From a virus: DNA of 64,000 nucleotides. Positions 39,686 to 49,885 of the stretch are shown here, piece by piece. The translations under genes were made by a program, and so were the position numbers. Under the pieces are notes generated by a model. The model saw only the letters and a list, made by a program, of their open reading frames with translations, was not told where the DNA came from and searched no databases. The DNA lies in IMG/VR virus record IMGVR_UViG_3300035180_001563, positions 58,194 to 122,193 of that record. One strand, given 5' to 3'. Positions within the stretch are counted from its first letter, which is position 1, and each line of letters opens with the position of its first letter.

Positions 39686-40366
39686 TTATTCTTCCGGTAA
39701 TACCGCTGTCTCTACGACAACTTCAACCTCTCCAGTGGATTCTGTGCTTTGTTCTCCAGGTTGTGAGTCTCCATCATATCTTGTTGTGATTACAGACCTG
39801 TTATAATCATCAAAACTTCCATTAAGCATAGCTTCTCGCTTTTCATGAAAATCTTCTTCGTGCTCAAGAATATAATTATATGAGGGATTGAAACCATGCT
39901 CAATCAAAGATTTGTCTTTGATGTCTCTAACACGTCTTTCGTGATTGAGATATTGCGTAAAAGAATTTTTAACACATTGGGTATAAAAGGCGAAAGGGTT
40001 GTTGCTGCGATTTTCATCAAATGCTGCCCATGTTTTACACAACATCAATAAAGCATATGACTGCATATCTTCATTATATGAGTAATTAGCGTAATTACCT
40101 TTTTTACCATATCGTTTTGTCAACATGAGGAACATTTTTGCTAATTCGTTTGTTATCACTCCCTTTAGCTTACTTGCTTTTACCTGAATCATTAAATCTC
40201 TGTTGTTGATATAATTTCGAACAGCTGGAGGTTTTGCAACAGTAGGTGGTTTGACGGCTTTTGGAGGTTTTGCAGCAACACGTGGTTTGACGGCTTTTGG
40301 AGGTTTTGTTGTGTTTTTTTCTTTAGGTGTTATTGATTCTGTTGTTGGAGAGATATTGACGCTCAT
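39686..40366 (-). CDS. gp55: Late-transcription sigma factor (gp55-like)
   Basis: NYINNRDL, NYSYNEDM, NPFAFYTQCVKNSF; N-terminal KPPKAV repeats; start reassigned to ATG at 40366. Confidence 0.85.
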   Translation of the reverse strand: MSVNISPTTESITPKEKNTTKPPKAVKPRVAAKPPKAVKPPTVAKPPAVRNYINNRDLMIQVKASKLKGVITNELAKMFLMLTKRYGKKGNYANYSYNEDMQSYALLMLCKTWAAFDENRSNNPFAFYTQCVKNSFTQYLNHERRVRDIKDKSLIEHGFNPSYNYILEHEEDFHEKREAMLNGSFDDYNRSVITTRYDGDSQPGEQSTESTGEVEVVVETAVLPEE

Positions 40367-40399
40367 GCTTTGTGAGTTCCTTATAGTTATAGCTTTACA

Positions 40400-40428
40400 A
40401 GTATACAATAGTTTCTGTAATGAGACAA
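40400..40428 (-). promoter_or_regulatory. Sigma70-like promoter for the gp55-like gene
   Basis: TTGTCT-N17-TATACT, back-to-back with AATAAATA (40431-40438) on the plus strand. Confidence 0.65.
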
Positions 40429-40465
40429 CCAATAAATACATTAGATGTGATAAGAGAAAACATAT

Positions 40466-41200
40466 ATGGCTGCTTCAACAGATGAGTTCAAAGTTAAATT
40501 GGTGTCCGCACTAGATGTTAATTCATCCGAGGCCACAGGACGGAAAGTTGTAATATTTAACGTATCTCCACAAATCAATGAACAAGGAACAGTTGAGTAT
40601 GATCCAATTCAGATAATTCAAGGTCCAACCACATTTCAAGCATACAAAGGTACGTCAGCTAGAACATTCTCACTATCTACAACAAAGTTGATATCCAGGA
40701 CACCAACGGAAGCTCGTGACAATATACAAATATTGAACATTCTCCGTTCGTGGAGAATGCCATATTTCGGGTACCAAAAGAATACAGATGACGTTTCCAA
40801 ATTTTTCAGTGCTGTGAAAAACACCGGAGCCTTAAAAACTAACTCTCTAGATCAATTAAAACAACAGAGCAATGCTTTAGTATCTAGACTGGGGGCTCCT
40901 CCGGAGATATTATATTTTTCTGCTTATTCTCAATCTAATTCATCATCAACATCTGCTGAAGGTCAATTTCGTGGGAATATCAAAAGAGTCCCGGTTGTAT
41001 TAACGTCCCTTTCAATTACATATCCGGATGATGTAGCATATATTCCTACTGCTATGAGAGGTGAAGTTGATGCTCTTGGTGGAGTCCCCTTTCCAGTAAT
41101 AATGACTATTGGTCTTGAATTAACTGAAACTCATTCACCTGGAGAAGTTAATGTATTTAATTTAGCTAAATATGCCAATGGTGTATTGGATGGATTCTAA
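40466..41200 (+). CDS. Baseplate/tail tube cap protein (gp48-like)
   Basis: YKGTSARTFSL, GAPPEIL, VPVVLTSLSITYP, P.IMTI..EL.E. Confidence 0.7.
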   Translation: MAASTDEFKVKLVSALDVNSSEATGRKVVIFNVSPQINEQGTVEYDPIQIIQGPTTFQAYKGTSARTFSLSTTKLISRTPTEARDNIQILNILRSWRMPYFGYQKNTDDVSKFFSAVKNTGALKTNSLDQLKQQSNALVSRLGAPPEILYFSAYSQSNSSSTSAEGQFRGNIKRVPVVLTSLSITYPDDVAYIPTAMRGEVDALGGVPFPVIMTIGLELTETHSPGEVNVFNLAKYANGVLDGF

Positions 41201-41202
41201 AC

Positions 41203-41511
41203 ATGGCAAAAAACTCACTCACTATTACAAAATCAAGATATAATAAGGGAGGTCAAACTGTATCGTACCCAAATCGATTAGATTGGTGGGAACGATACGT
41301 GTTTCCAATCAGCAAAGAAGATGTGTTGTACACAATTGAGTCAAAATACAATAAGCGTCCTGATTTACTAGCGTATGATGTTTATGGTTCACCGGTTTAC
41401 ACTTGGTTCATTTTACAATATAATAATATAATCGATATTAATATAGAGTTTGTAACTGGAACAATGATCAGACTTCCAACTGTATATAGAGTAAAAACAG
41501 AGATAACATAA
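41203..41511 (+). CDS. Baseplate wedge protein (gp53-like, LysM-like)
   Basis: RPDLLAYDVYG....WFILQYN.I.D...G..I.LP. Confidence 0.85.
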   Translation: MAKNSLTITKSRYNKGGQTVSYPNRLDWWERYVFPISKEDVLYTIESKYNKRPDLLAYDVYGSPVYTWFILQYNNIIDINIEFVTGTMIRLPTVYRVKTEIT

Positions 41512-44253
41512 ATGGCGAATGTAACAAATAACTCGAGCAATCAACCACAGAGCGATCCATCACAATCGTCGACTACACAAGCCAATGAGGTACACGATTT
41601 TAACCCAGATTATTCCTCTGATGATCCTACTATCAATCCTAAGGCCAATCCATTAAAACAGTTTAGAACATACTCATATCGATTTGTTCATATTGTGAGT
41701 GACTCTACTCAAATTATACAGAATTTAATGGCTGCTGGTGGTTCTGACATGAACATATATACTCATCCTGACTTGATTGGGGAAGGTCCAAGATTTGGTC
41801 TTAAAACTTTAGGTGGATCCAAAGGTTTACCTGAATCTAAATATGTCATTATTTCAAATACAGCCACAGACTCAAATATCGTTTTTAAATCTGTATATCT
41901 GAGGTCTTATTTTGGAGGAGGAACAAGTACATCAGAAAATACAGCAAACCCTCCTGGAACTACAGGTAACCCCTCTGATGAATTAAAGATGACGTTGATC
42001 GAACCGTTTGGAGTTAGGTACGTTGAGTATATATTGGGTGCTTGTAATCAACTGAATATGAAAAGTTCAGGCCAGGCTATACACGTTCTTAAAGTATTTT
42101 TTGTTGGTCATAAAAGTGATGGAACAGTTGAGATTCTTTCTGGGTACAATCCTATAACATTTGCCTTTACAAGCATATCTATGGATTTTACAAGCTCTCA
42201 AACAACATACACCATAGAAGCTGTACCTACCATGAATGCGGGGGCAAGTTTACCTACAGCATCTATGATTGGTACAAGTACCTTTACTGTACATGGAGGG
42301 ACGTTTAAAGATTTTGTTGATAATTTCAATAGAATTCTTCAAAAAGACAGTGCAGACACCCAAAAGAAATTAGACGAAGAGAAGAAAAACGAAGTTGCTC
42401 CTATATACACCATAACCATTGCACCAACGTCACTGTACCAAACAAAAGATTATATAGTACAGGATCAAGTTCATGATAAAAACAAGGAAGAAAATCCTGA
42501 TAATTGGACTATGTGTACAGCAGTTGGCAGTCAAATACAAGATCTAATCATGCATGCGTTTGCTACATGTAAAAAAGCTTTGGAAGATCAAAAACCAACT
42601 GAATATGATAAGAATGGTATTGCAACCACATATATTCCCAACATCTTTACATATACGAAACAGTTTGTGAATGCAAAAGGACAAATTCAAACTCAATACT
42701 TATATGAAATACAAAAAGTACCAAAGACAGTGTTCAAGAGTACAAATGATCAAGCTGAAACTAAATCAGACTCAACTTCGGATTCAACTGCCTCAAATTC
42801 ATCATCTTTGGACAGCAAACGCTTTAATGACTTTTTACAACAACAGTTATCGAGAGCAAACTTGTTAGAGTTTGATTTTGTATTTTCTGGAATCAATGAT
42901 GATATAATTGATTATCAGATGGTAATGACAAATGGATTGGCGTTACTGAGTAATACAGTAACCCCACCTCAAAATCTGTCACAAAAAACCCAAACATCAA
43001 CAACTCCAGTTGATGGGGTTAAAAAGAACACAAATCAAGTTCCAGATGATAAGTCTACTGCTCCAGAATCAAAGTCAAACACAACCACTGGTAGTCAACC
43101 ACAACTAGTAAGATACACAAAATCTCTACCACTAAAAGATCCATCTTCATATCAAATGTTTTTGTCAATGATGAGAACTTATACTCAGTACGAAGTAGCT
43201 CAAACAACAATTACAATAATGGGTAATCCTCGGTTATTTGATCAGTGCACTATAAACCCAAAACTGTTAATAGATACAACACAAGGGCCTAGCAAAGAAG
43301 ATTACATGCGAGAGGTGCCAGCATATGCAAAAATTAATGTGTTCATGCCTCAAATCGACCCCAATACAGGATATGTTAATTTTGAAACTATTCCAGAACG
43401 TGGATTCAGAAACCCATTTTGGTACGATGGAATTTTTCAGATATACGTTATAGAAAATTTCTTTGATGATGGAATATTTAAACAAAAACTTACTCTCTTA
43501 CCAAATGTAACTTCAGATGCTGTTTCAGACGTCTATACAGAAAAAGATCACAATATGTCATCGTCACCCGGAACAAACGGTAAACGAACAGCATCAGATG
43601 CTAAAAGCGCTTCCAATGTTAAACAAAAAAATTCATCAACGTCTAAATGTGTTACCCGTGGTATTCCAGTTGTTTTAGATGGAACTGATGGTGGAACAGG
43701 TAGTACAAACGTCAAAGCCTTTCTTAAAACAATTCGCTTCGCAGAAGGAACTGCAGCTCCTGATGGTTGGACTCGTGTTGTCAATGGAAAACTTACAAAC
43801 TCAGGCACTGTTCTCTCAACTGCTTCTGAGGCTCAAGCATATGCAAATGCTCACAATCTCTCTGGGTCATTTAATAGTACTGGTTATAGTGGCAATATTC
43901 ATTTTACAGGTGGGTATAGTAAACATCCAAACGCAGCAATTCATTGGGCTAATGGTCAACCAACATCCAGTGCTGCAGGAGCATATCAGTTCCTATATAA
44001 GACGTGGAATGGTATAGTCAGTGCAAAACACTTACCTGATTTTTCTCCCGTAAACCAAGACATAGGAGCTGTATATTTGATAAATGGTAGAGGAGCTCTC
44101 ACCGACGTCAAACAAGGAAGATTTGAAGATGCTATTGAAAAATGTCAACTGGAGTGGGCCTCACTAGGACCTCATTATGGACAAGGATATATATGTATTG
44201 AGAATCTTAAAGCAGCATATGAAAAATATGGTGGAACATATATAGCTTCGTGA
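41512..44253 (+). CDS. Baseplate hub protein fused to a C-terminal lambda-R-type lysozyme
   Basis: NPL..F..YSY, ITIMGNP, GIFQI...F..G.F.Q.L hub motifs; AFLKTIRFAEGT, SSAAGAYQFL..TW, DFSP.NQD, EWASL. Confidence 0.85.
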   Translation: MANVTNNSSNQPQSDPSQSSTTQANEVHDFNPDYSSDDPTINPKANPLKQFRTYSYRFVHIVSDSTQIIQNLMAAGGSDMNIYTHPDLIGEGPRFGLKTLGGSKGLPESKYVIISNTATDSNIVFKSVYLRSYFGGGTSTSENTANPPGTTGNPSDELKMTLIEPFGVRYVEYILGACNQLNMKSSGQAIHVLKVFFVGHKSDGTVEILSGYNPITFAFTSISMDFTSSQTTYTIEAVPTMNAGASLPTASMIGTSTFTVHGGTFKDFVDNFNRILQKDSADTQKKLDEEKKNEVAPIYTITIAPTSLYQTKDYIVQDQVHDKNKEENPDNWTMCTAVGSQIQDLIMHAFATCKKALEDQKPTEYDKNGIATTYIPNIFTYTKQFVNAKGQIQTQYLYEIQKVPKTVFKSTNDQAETKSDSTSDSTASNSSSLDSKRFNDFLQQQLSRANLLEFDFVFSGINDDIIDYQMVMTNGLALLSNTVTPPQNLSQKTQTSTTPVDGVKKNTNQVPDDKSTAPESKSNTTTGSQPQLVRYTKSLPLKDPSSYQMFLSMMRTYTQYEVAQTTITIMGNPRLFDQCTINPKLLIDTTQGPSKEDYMREVPAYAKINVFMPQIDPNTGYVNFETIPERGFRNPFWYDGIFQIYVIENFFDDGIFKQKLTLLPNVTSDAVSDVYTEKDHNMSSSPGTNGKRTASDAKSASNVKQKNSSTSKCVTRGIPVVLDGTDGGTGSTNVKAFLKTIRFAEGTAAPDGWTRVVNGKLTNSGTVLSTASEAQAYANAHNLSGSFNSTGYSGNIHFTGGYSKHPNAAIHWANGQPTSSAAGAYQFLYKTWNGIVSAKHLPDFSPVNQDIGAVYLINGRGALTDVKQGRFEDAIEKCQLEWASLGPHYGQGYICIENLKAAYEKYGGTYIAS

Positions 44254-44258
44254 TTTAG

Positions 44259-44287
44259 TTGTCATGTTATTCTTCTGGTGTTATAAT
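44259..44287 (+). promoter_or_regulatory. Sigma70-like promoter for the dsbA-like/polB operon
   Basis: TTGTCA-N17-TATAAT with extended -10 TG. Confidence 0.75.
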
Positions 44288-44325
44288 TAACGCTAATAAA
44301 AAGTTTTACTTATAAGGAGAATAAA

Positions 44326-44637
44326 ATGGCTCGACCAAAAAAACAACCAGATACAGCCCCCGTCACAAATGCAGCTCCCTCTTCCCCAGCGGACCGAGAA
44401 AAACTTAGAACGATGCTTGAAGAAATTGTCCATGCAATGAGACGGGCAGATGATGAGAAGGTGTCTATTAAGGAAATTAAAGACGAAATCAAAAAACAGT
44501 TTGGTATTGCTCCAAAATACACAGGCAAGATGGCAAAAACAATGTACAAACATGCATTTGATGAAGTCAAAGCAGAAAATTCTGAATTTGAAGATCTTTA
44601 TCAAACTATCGTTGAAGGAATCAGCGAAGACCAATGA
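44326..44637 (+). CDS. Double-stranded DNA-binding protein (T4 DsbA-like)
   Basis: IKEIKDEIKKQFGI.PK...KMAKTMYK..FDE..AE..EFEDLY pattern; AAGGAG RBS. Confidence 0.7.
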   Translation: MARPKKQPDTAPVTNAAPSSPADREKLRTMLEEIVHAMRRADDEKVSIKEIKDEIKKQFGIAPKYTGKMAKTMYKHAFDEVKAENSEFEDLYQTIVEGISEDQ

Positions 44638-47600
44638 GTTACATATCTGCTTTGTATCGTCGCTCAGACGATGAGGTAATTGTGTGGGAACGAAATAATG
44701 GGGTTCGGGATGTCAAGAAATATCCTGCTCCTTATCATTTCTATATAGAAGATGAAAAAGGTAAATATAAAAGTATTTTTGGAAAAAAGCTCAGAAAAAT
44801 TGAGTTTGATTCAAATGAAGAATTTCAAAATACAAAAAGAAAACTATCAAGAACACCGTTATATGAGTCTGACATAAATCCAGACATAAAGATACTTTCG
44901 CAATTTTATTATAATGTAACTCCTCCAAAGTTGAATGTGACGTTGTTGGATATTGAGGTTGATTATAATCCATTAATTGGATTCTCTTCCACAAAAAATC
45001 CATATGCTCCAATAAATGCTGTTGCTCTACATCATATACATACAGATAGATCTATTGTTATTGCTGTTCCTCCTCCAAAGTGGGACAAATCAACATTCGA
45101 CGAGTCATTACGAGAATTGTCTGAAATTGTGTTTGTTCGTAATGAGAAGGAATTATTAAATATATTGTTAGATGAAATTGAAGACTCTGACATATTATCT
45201 GGTTGGAACTGTATTCCTGAGACACAAAATGTGTGGCTTCGAGATAAAATCGTCCCGTTCCGACAAATTGGGTCACAATTGTATGACTCTACTGTACTCC
45301 GTAAGTCTGATATAATGGATAAACAACTTACAACCATTACAACTGCGTTGGGACACACATTTGAGTGTTCTCCAGAACACAGATTTCCAGTGTTGTTGGT
45401 ACCTAATGAAAAATACACAAATCTACAAAACAAAATAGTTCAACGGGTGGATATTTCTGTAAACCAAATGGTGTCGTTGATGAATGATGGCTATTCAATA
45501 TTTACAGAATCGTGTGTTCGTAATAATACGAATACATGCAACCCGTTGTTTACTAATGAACAACTATATTTGGCTGGGTTAATTTACACTGATGGAACAC
45601 TAAAGGACAAAAATAATGTAATTGATACTGGGTATGTGGTGTATCAATCAGATAGTGAAGTTCTTAACAACATACCTTTAGTTACAACAAAGTTAGTTGG
45701 GCCTCACAAGAGATGTTATTCAAGAGTGATCGAGTTTTCACTATTGGGAAAAGAAGTTCATAATTTAATCTACGAAGATACGAAAAAACGACTGAATGTA
45801 GAAAAACTATCAACGCTATCAAAAAAACAATTTTATTATTTTTTGGCTGGGTTGTTAGACGGAGATGGATATGTTTCATCGAACAGCGTTGAGTTGTGCA
45901 ATTATAATAATGACACAAGTGCCTTGGCTGAATTATGTTTATGGAACGGAATTATCACGTCAATAAGACCAAATGTGGTTAGATTTTTAAATTTATCTGT
46001 TTTGGATATACCTACACTAAAACTTAAACGACGGACAACGATATGTTCTACCTACCATCCTATTTTAAAAAGAGATTCAAACCAAAAGGCTAAACAAACA
46101 ACTTTTAAAGTTATAGGTCAGTCTCTGTACACAAGGATTTGTGATATTAATATTTCCGACCTCAAAGTCCCAATGATGGACATAGAGACAGATACTCATT
46201 ATTTTTATTCAAAGGGAACAAAGACTCACAATAGTGACTTCTTTGATATGCCATATATTGCTAAACGGATTGAAAAAACTTTAGGAAAAAGTCAGCTACG
46301 ACGATTATCTTTTGAGGGGGCTGACATGCCTCGTTATCGAGAAGTTGAGGTGTTCAAACAACAGCAGATTGCGTGTGATTTGTCGGGTCGAGTACATCTT
46401 GATTACATGAATTTATTCAAAAAATATGAGGTTGCTGAAAGACCATCATATAAATTAGAATCGATTGCAGAGGAAGTGTTACCACATCTACCAAAATTGG
46501 AATATGAGGGTTCATTAGCAGACTTATATAAGAAAGATTTTAATCATTTCATCAAATATAATATTAGAGATACGGAAATCCTTAAAGGGTTTGAGAAAAA
46601 ATTAGGTTATATTTCTTTAGCAAACGTAATGTGTCATTCATCCACATCCCAATTTAAGGATGTGTTTGGTACATTGAAGTTGTCTGACTTCGCTGTTGTA
46701 AACTACTGTCATTACGAGCTAGACGTAAAAGTTCCAGATTGGGATGGAGATAAACCAGATGGAAAGATTCAAGGAGCATATGTTCTATTACCACAGATCG
46801 GATTGCATGAATGGATTGGAAGTATCGATATTGGTGGACTATATCCAGCAAGTATACGAAGTATCAACATTTCACCTGAAACGTTGATTGGACAATTTTC
46901 AGATAAAGTAAATGATTGGGAACGAATTTTTAATAATACCGATGATGATCTTACACTTGAATATGATACAGGTGAAGTAGAGACTAGGACAGCAGTAGAA
47001 TGGAAGAAATATTTATTAAATAAAAAGTGGGCTGTTAGTGGGTTTGGAACAGTATTTGACCAAAACACACCTGGAGTTTTCCCAGCAATTCTATCATCGT
47101 GGATCAATAAACGCAAAGAGTATCAAAAGTTAAAAGCAAAGTACTATGCTGATGCAGAGGCTTGCACAGATCCAGACGAAAAGAGTAAGTTAGAGGAACT
47201 ATGTGCATACTATGATCGTCTGCAATATGTAATGAAAATTAAGAGTAATAGTTTTTATGGAGCTATTACAAACTTTTACTTCAGGTTTTTTTCGTTAAAT
47301 GGAGGAGAGTCTGTAACCGGGACTGGAAGAATAGTTCTAAAACATCAAATTAAAAAAACAGCAGAGATTCTTGATGGTGAGTATAACATAGAACCTCCTT
47401 TTGATGAGGATAGTTTCAATAAAATGGGGAGAACGTTTCCATCTGAATCGATAATATATTCAGATACTGACTCAGTTGTTGGATCGACTGTTCACATCAC
47501 AAACCAAGGAGATCAAACGATTGAGACGTTGTTTAATATGTACTCATCTGATAACTGTAACAACTTTACGTGCAAACCACAAAATTTAGAAGTTCTCACA

Positions 47601-47819
47601 TATGATCCGATTAATCAGAACCCATACATGGGAGAAGTTGAATACATATACAGACATCTGGTCAGTAAAGAAAAATGGTTAATACAAAGTGAGCATGGTG
47701 ATTCTGTTGAAATTACCGGTGACCATTCTGTAATGGTAGAACGTGAAGGAAAGTTGATTGAAGTTAAACCCGAAAATATTATTTGTGGTGATTTGTTAAT
47801 AACGTGTGTAGAAGTATGA
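44634..47819 (+). CDS. gp43: DNA polymerase B, N-terminal gene (exonuclease and palm up to YSDTD) with one contiguous intein and a C-terminal split-intein N-fragment
   Basis: ExoI DIE, ExoII GWN[intein]SDFFD, ExoIII YNIRD, DIGGLYP, K...NSFYG, YSDTD then SVVGST. Confidence 0.95.
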   Translation: MSYISALYRRSDDEVIVWERNNGVRDVKKYPAPYHFYIEDEKGKYKSIFGKKLRKIEFDSNEEFQNTKRKLSRTPLYESDINPDIKILSQFYYNVTPPKLNVTLLDIEVDYNPLIGFSSTKNPYAPINAVALHHIHTDRSIVIAVPPPKWDKSTFDESLRELSEIVFVRNEKELLNILLDEIEDSDILSGWNCIPETQNVWLRDKIVPFRQIGSQLYDSTVLRKSDIMDKQLTTITTALGHTFECSPEHRFPVLLVPNEKYTNLQNKIVQRVDISVNQMVSLMNDGYSIFTESCVRNNTNTCNPLFTNEQLYLAGLIYTDGTLKDKNNVIDTGYVVYQSDSEVLNNIPLVTTKLVGPHKRCYSRVIEFSLLGKEVHNLIYEDTKKRLNVEKLSTLSKKQFYYFLAGLLDGDGYVSSNSVELCNYNNDTSALAELCLWNGIITSIRPNVVRFLNLSVLDIPTLKLKRRTTICSTYHPILKRDSNQKAKQTTFKVIGQSLYTRICDINISDLKVPMMDIETDTHYFYSKGTKTHNSDFFDMPYIAKRIEKTLGKSQLRRLSFEGADMPRYREVEVFKQQQIACDLSGRVHLDYMNLFKKYEVAERPSYKLESIAEEVLPHLPKLEYEGSLADLYKKDFNHFIKYNIRDTEILKGFEKKLGYISLANVMCHSSTSQFKDVFGTLKLSDFAVVNYCHYELDVKVPDWDGDKPDGKIQGAYVLLPQIGLHEWIGSIDIGGLYPASIRSINISPETLIGQFSDKVNDWERIFNNTDDDLTLEYDTGEVETRTAVEWKKYLLNKKWAVSGFGTVFDQNTPGVFPAILSSWINKRKEYQKLKAKYYADAEACTDPDEKSKLEELCAYYDRLQYVMKIKSNSFYGAITNFYFRFFSLNGGESVTGTGRIVLKHQIKKTAEILDGEYNIEPPFDEDSFNKMGRTFPSESIIYSDTDSVVGSTVHITNQGDQTIETLFNMYSSDNCNNFTCKPQNLEVLTYDPINQNPYMGEVEYIYRHLVSKEKWLIQSEHGDSVEITGDHSVMVEREGKLIEVKPENIICGDLLITCVEV
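45210..46232 (+). mobile_element. LAGLIDADG intein in the PolB ExoII motif (341 aa)
   Basis: CIPETQ start, CSPEH block B, LAGLIYTDG and LAGLLDGDG, KTHN before S. Confidence 0.92.
47472..47816 (+). mobile_element. Split intein N-fragment (115 aa, Ser1) at PolB YSDTD
   Basis: SVVGST block A, ITGDHSVMV block B, then stop. Confidence 0.9.
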
Positions 47820-48961
47820 AATATACTCTACATGATTTCATCGTATCGTCCCAGAGCATCCATGGTGACAAATATGATTATTCAAAATCTATTTACATAA
47901 GTTCGAAAATCAAGATAGAGATAATATGTAGACAACATGGGTCGTTTTGGAGTCTTCCAACGAATCACATATCTCGTAAATCTGGATGTCCTACATGTAG
48001 TGGGTATAATACAAACAAACATAGTTTTATAAAAAAAGCAAGAAAGGTACATGGAGAAAAGTATGACTATTCATTAACAGATTACAAGTCGCCTTTTGAA
48101 AAAATTAGTATTGTTTGTCCTGAACATGGAGAGTTTGTTCAATTTCCCAACAACCACCTGAATAATAAACAAGGATGCTCTGCTTGTTCGGGGAACAAAA
48201 AGAGCAACGTAACAGAATTTATTGAAAAATCAAAGTTAATACACAATAACAAATATGATTACACATTGGTAGAATACTCTAATAATTCTACAGCGGTAAA
48301 TATTCTGTGTCACGTTCATGGTAAGTTCACTCAACAGCCAGACTCACATCTCCAAGGTCACGGTTGTCCAGCCTGTTCTGGACTTAAACGTGTATCTATT
48401 TCTGACTTTATTGAAAGATCTAAGTTAGTTCATGGGGATACTTTTGACTACTCAAACGTAACCACTATTAAAAATACGTATACTAAAATACCAATAATAT
48501 GTAAAATACACGGACAATTTTATCAGACACCTGAACTTCACTGGTTATGTGACGTGTGTTGTCCAGGGTGCAACCGAGTATCATTTTCCAGAAAGAGCAT
48601 AGAATGGTTAACTCAAATGGAAAACACGTACAACATCACGATTCAACACGCACTCAAGCCTGGGGGTGAATTCCGTATTCCTGGAACGAGACTTCATGTA
48701 GACGGATATTGTATACAAACAAATACGATATATGAATTTCATGGTGATATATGGCATGGTAATCCAACAAAATTTGAACCAAATGAACTTTGTCATCCAT
48801 ACAGCAAACTCACCGCAGGAGAATTATTCGCAAAAACAACTCAACGTGAGGAATTGTTACGAAGTTTAGGGTATACCTTAATAACTATATGGGAGAACGA
48901 TTATGATATCATCCGAAGGAAAAACATACAAAATAGTAAAAACACGCATACAGACTGTTAA
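47816..48961 (+). CDS. Free-standing EDxHD/Vsr-like homing endonuclease between the split-intein halves
   Basis: Four H..(K/T)(Y/F)DY...C..HG.F...CP.C-type repeats; HVDGY..IYEFHGDIWHGNP; ATGA overlap with the polB-N stop. Confidence 0.88.
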   Translation: MKYTLHDFIVSSQSIHGDKYDYSKSIYISSKIKIEIICRQHGSFWSLPTNHISRKSGCPTCSGYNTNKHSFIKKARKVHGEKYDYSLTDYKSPFEKISIVCPEHGEFVQFPNNHLNNKQGCSACSGNKKSNVTEFIEKSKLIHNNKYDYTLVEYSNNSTAVNILCHVHGKFTQQPDSHLQGHGCPACSGLKRVSISDFIERSKLVHGDTFDYSNVTTIKNTYTKIPIICKIHGQFYQTPELHWLCDVCCPGCNRVSFSRKSIEWLTQMENTYNITIQHALKPGGEFRIPGTRLHVDGYCIQTNTIYEFHGDIWHGNPTKFEPNELCHPYSKLTAGELFAKTTQREELLRSLGYTLITIWENDYDIIRRKNIQNSKNTHTDC

Positions 48962-49862
48962 GAGATCTGGTACGTTTGATGAAGAGTACGTATATGATTT
49001 TGGGATGAAGGATCAAACTAAGCCTTGGTTCTTTGGGAACAACATTCTGCTACACAACAGCGTTTACTTCAAAACGCATGCTACAAATCAACTCGAAGCT
49101 ACACAAACTGCTGACGCTGTCGCCACTGTAGTAAACGATTCATTTCAATCGTTTATGCAAAAGGCATTCTTGTGTAATCCAGGATACGATGATTTGATAA
49201 AGTCAAACAGAGAAGTGGTTTCAGATCGTGGAATTTTTGTTGATAAAAAACGGTATGTCCTCCATCTTGTTGATTTAGATGGTCACAACGTCGACAAACT
49301 GAAGATTATGGGTCTTGAATTAAAAAAGACTACCCTACCAAAGCCAATCGCAAAAAAACTTTCATCGTTTGTTGAACGACTATTAAAGGGTGACGATTGG
49401 ACTCTTATTGCAAGAGATATTGTTGATTTTAAAGTTGAATTAATGAATACATCTGATATTACGACGATTGGACTGCCAAAAGGAATCAAAGGTGTCGAAG
49501 ACTACACTTCAGCTTGGAAACTTGATAGTAAAACTAGATTACCAGGGCATGTGAGTGCTGCAATTCTTTGGAATACAATGTTACTCGAACATGGAGATAA
49601 AGAAAGTACTGAAATTACTTCAAATATGAAAATCAAAGTGTTTTATTTGACAAGAATGTTTGGTCGATTTAAAGCAATTGCAGTACCAACTGATTTGGTA
49701 ATCCTTCCACAGTGGTTTATTGATAACTTCATTCCGATCATTGATAAAGAACTGCAGATTGAGAAATTGGTAGATGATACAATTCAGAAGATTCTGACAG
49801 CAATTGATAAAGAAGCTCCTAGTAGACAGAGTATGTTCGTTGAAGAGATGCTTGAATTCTAA
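48903..49862 (+). CDS. gp43: Split-intein C-fragment (52 aa, 48903-49058) plus DNA polymerase B C-terminal part
   Basis: GGGAG RBS; YVYDF..WFFGNNILLHN then SVYF; KKRY, KIMGLE, LPGHV. Confidence 0.93.
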   Translation: MISSEGKTYKIVKTRIQTVKRSGTFDEEYVYDFGMKDQTKPWFFGNNILLHNSVYFKTHATNQLEATQTADAVATVVNDSFQSFMQKAFLCNPGYDDLIKSNREVVSDRGIFVDKKRYVLHLVDLDGHNVDKLKIMGLELKKTTLPKPIAKKLSSFVERLLKGDDWTLIARDIVDFKVELMNTSDITTIGLPKGIKGVEDYTSAWKLDSKTRLPGHVSAAILWNTMLLEHGDKESTEITSNMKIKVFYLTRMFGRFKAIAVPTDLVILPQWFIDNFIPIIDKELQIEKLVDDTIQKILTAIDKEAPSRQSMFVEEMLEF

Positions 49863-49885
49863 ATATACGTTTGATTGGAGATAAA

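Noticed and set aside
47472-49058. Group I intron or programmed frameshift as the explanation of the polB interruption
   Set aside because: Both flanks encode clear intein blocks, the downstream ORF has its own RBS and ATG, and there is no non-coding room for an intron core
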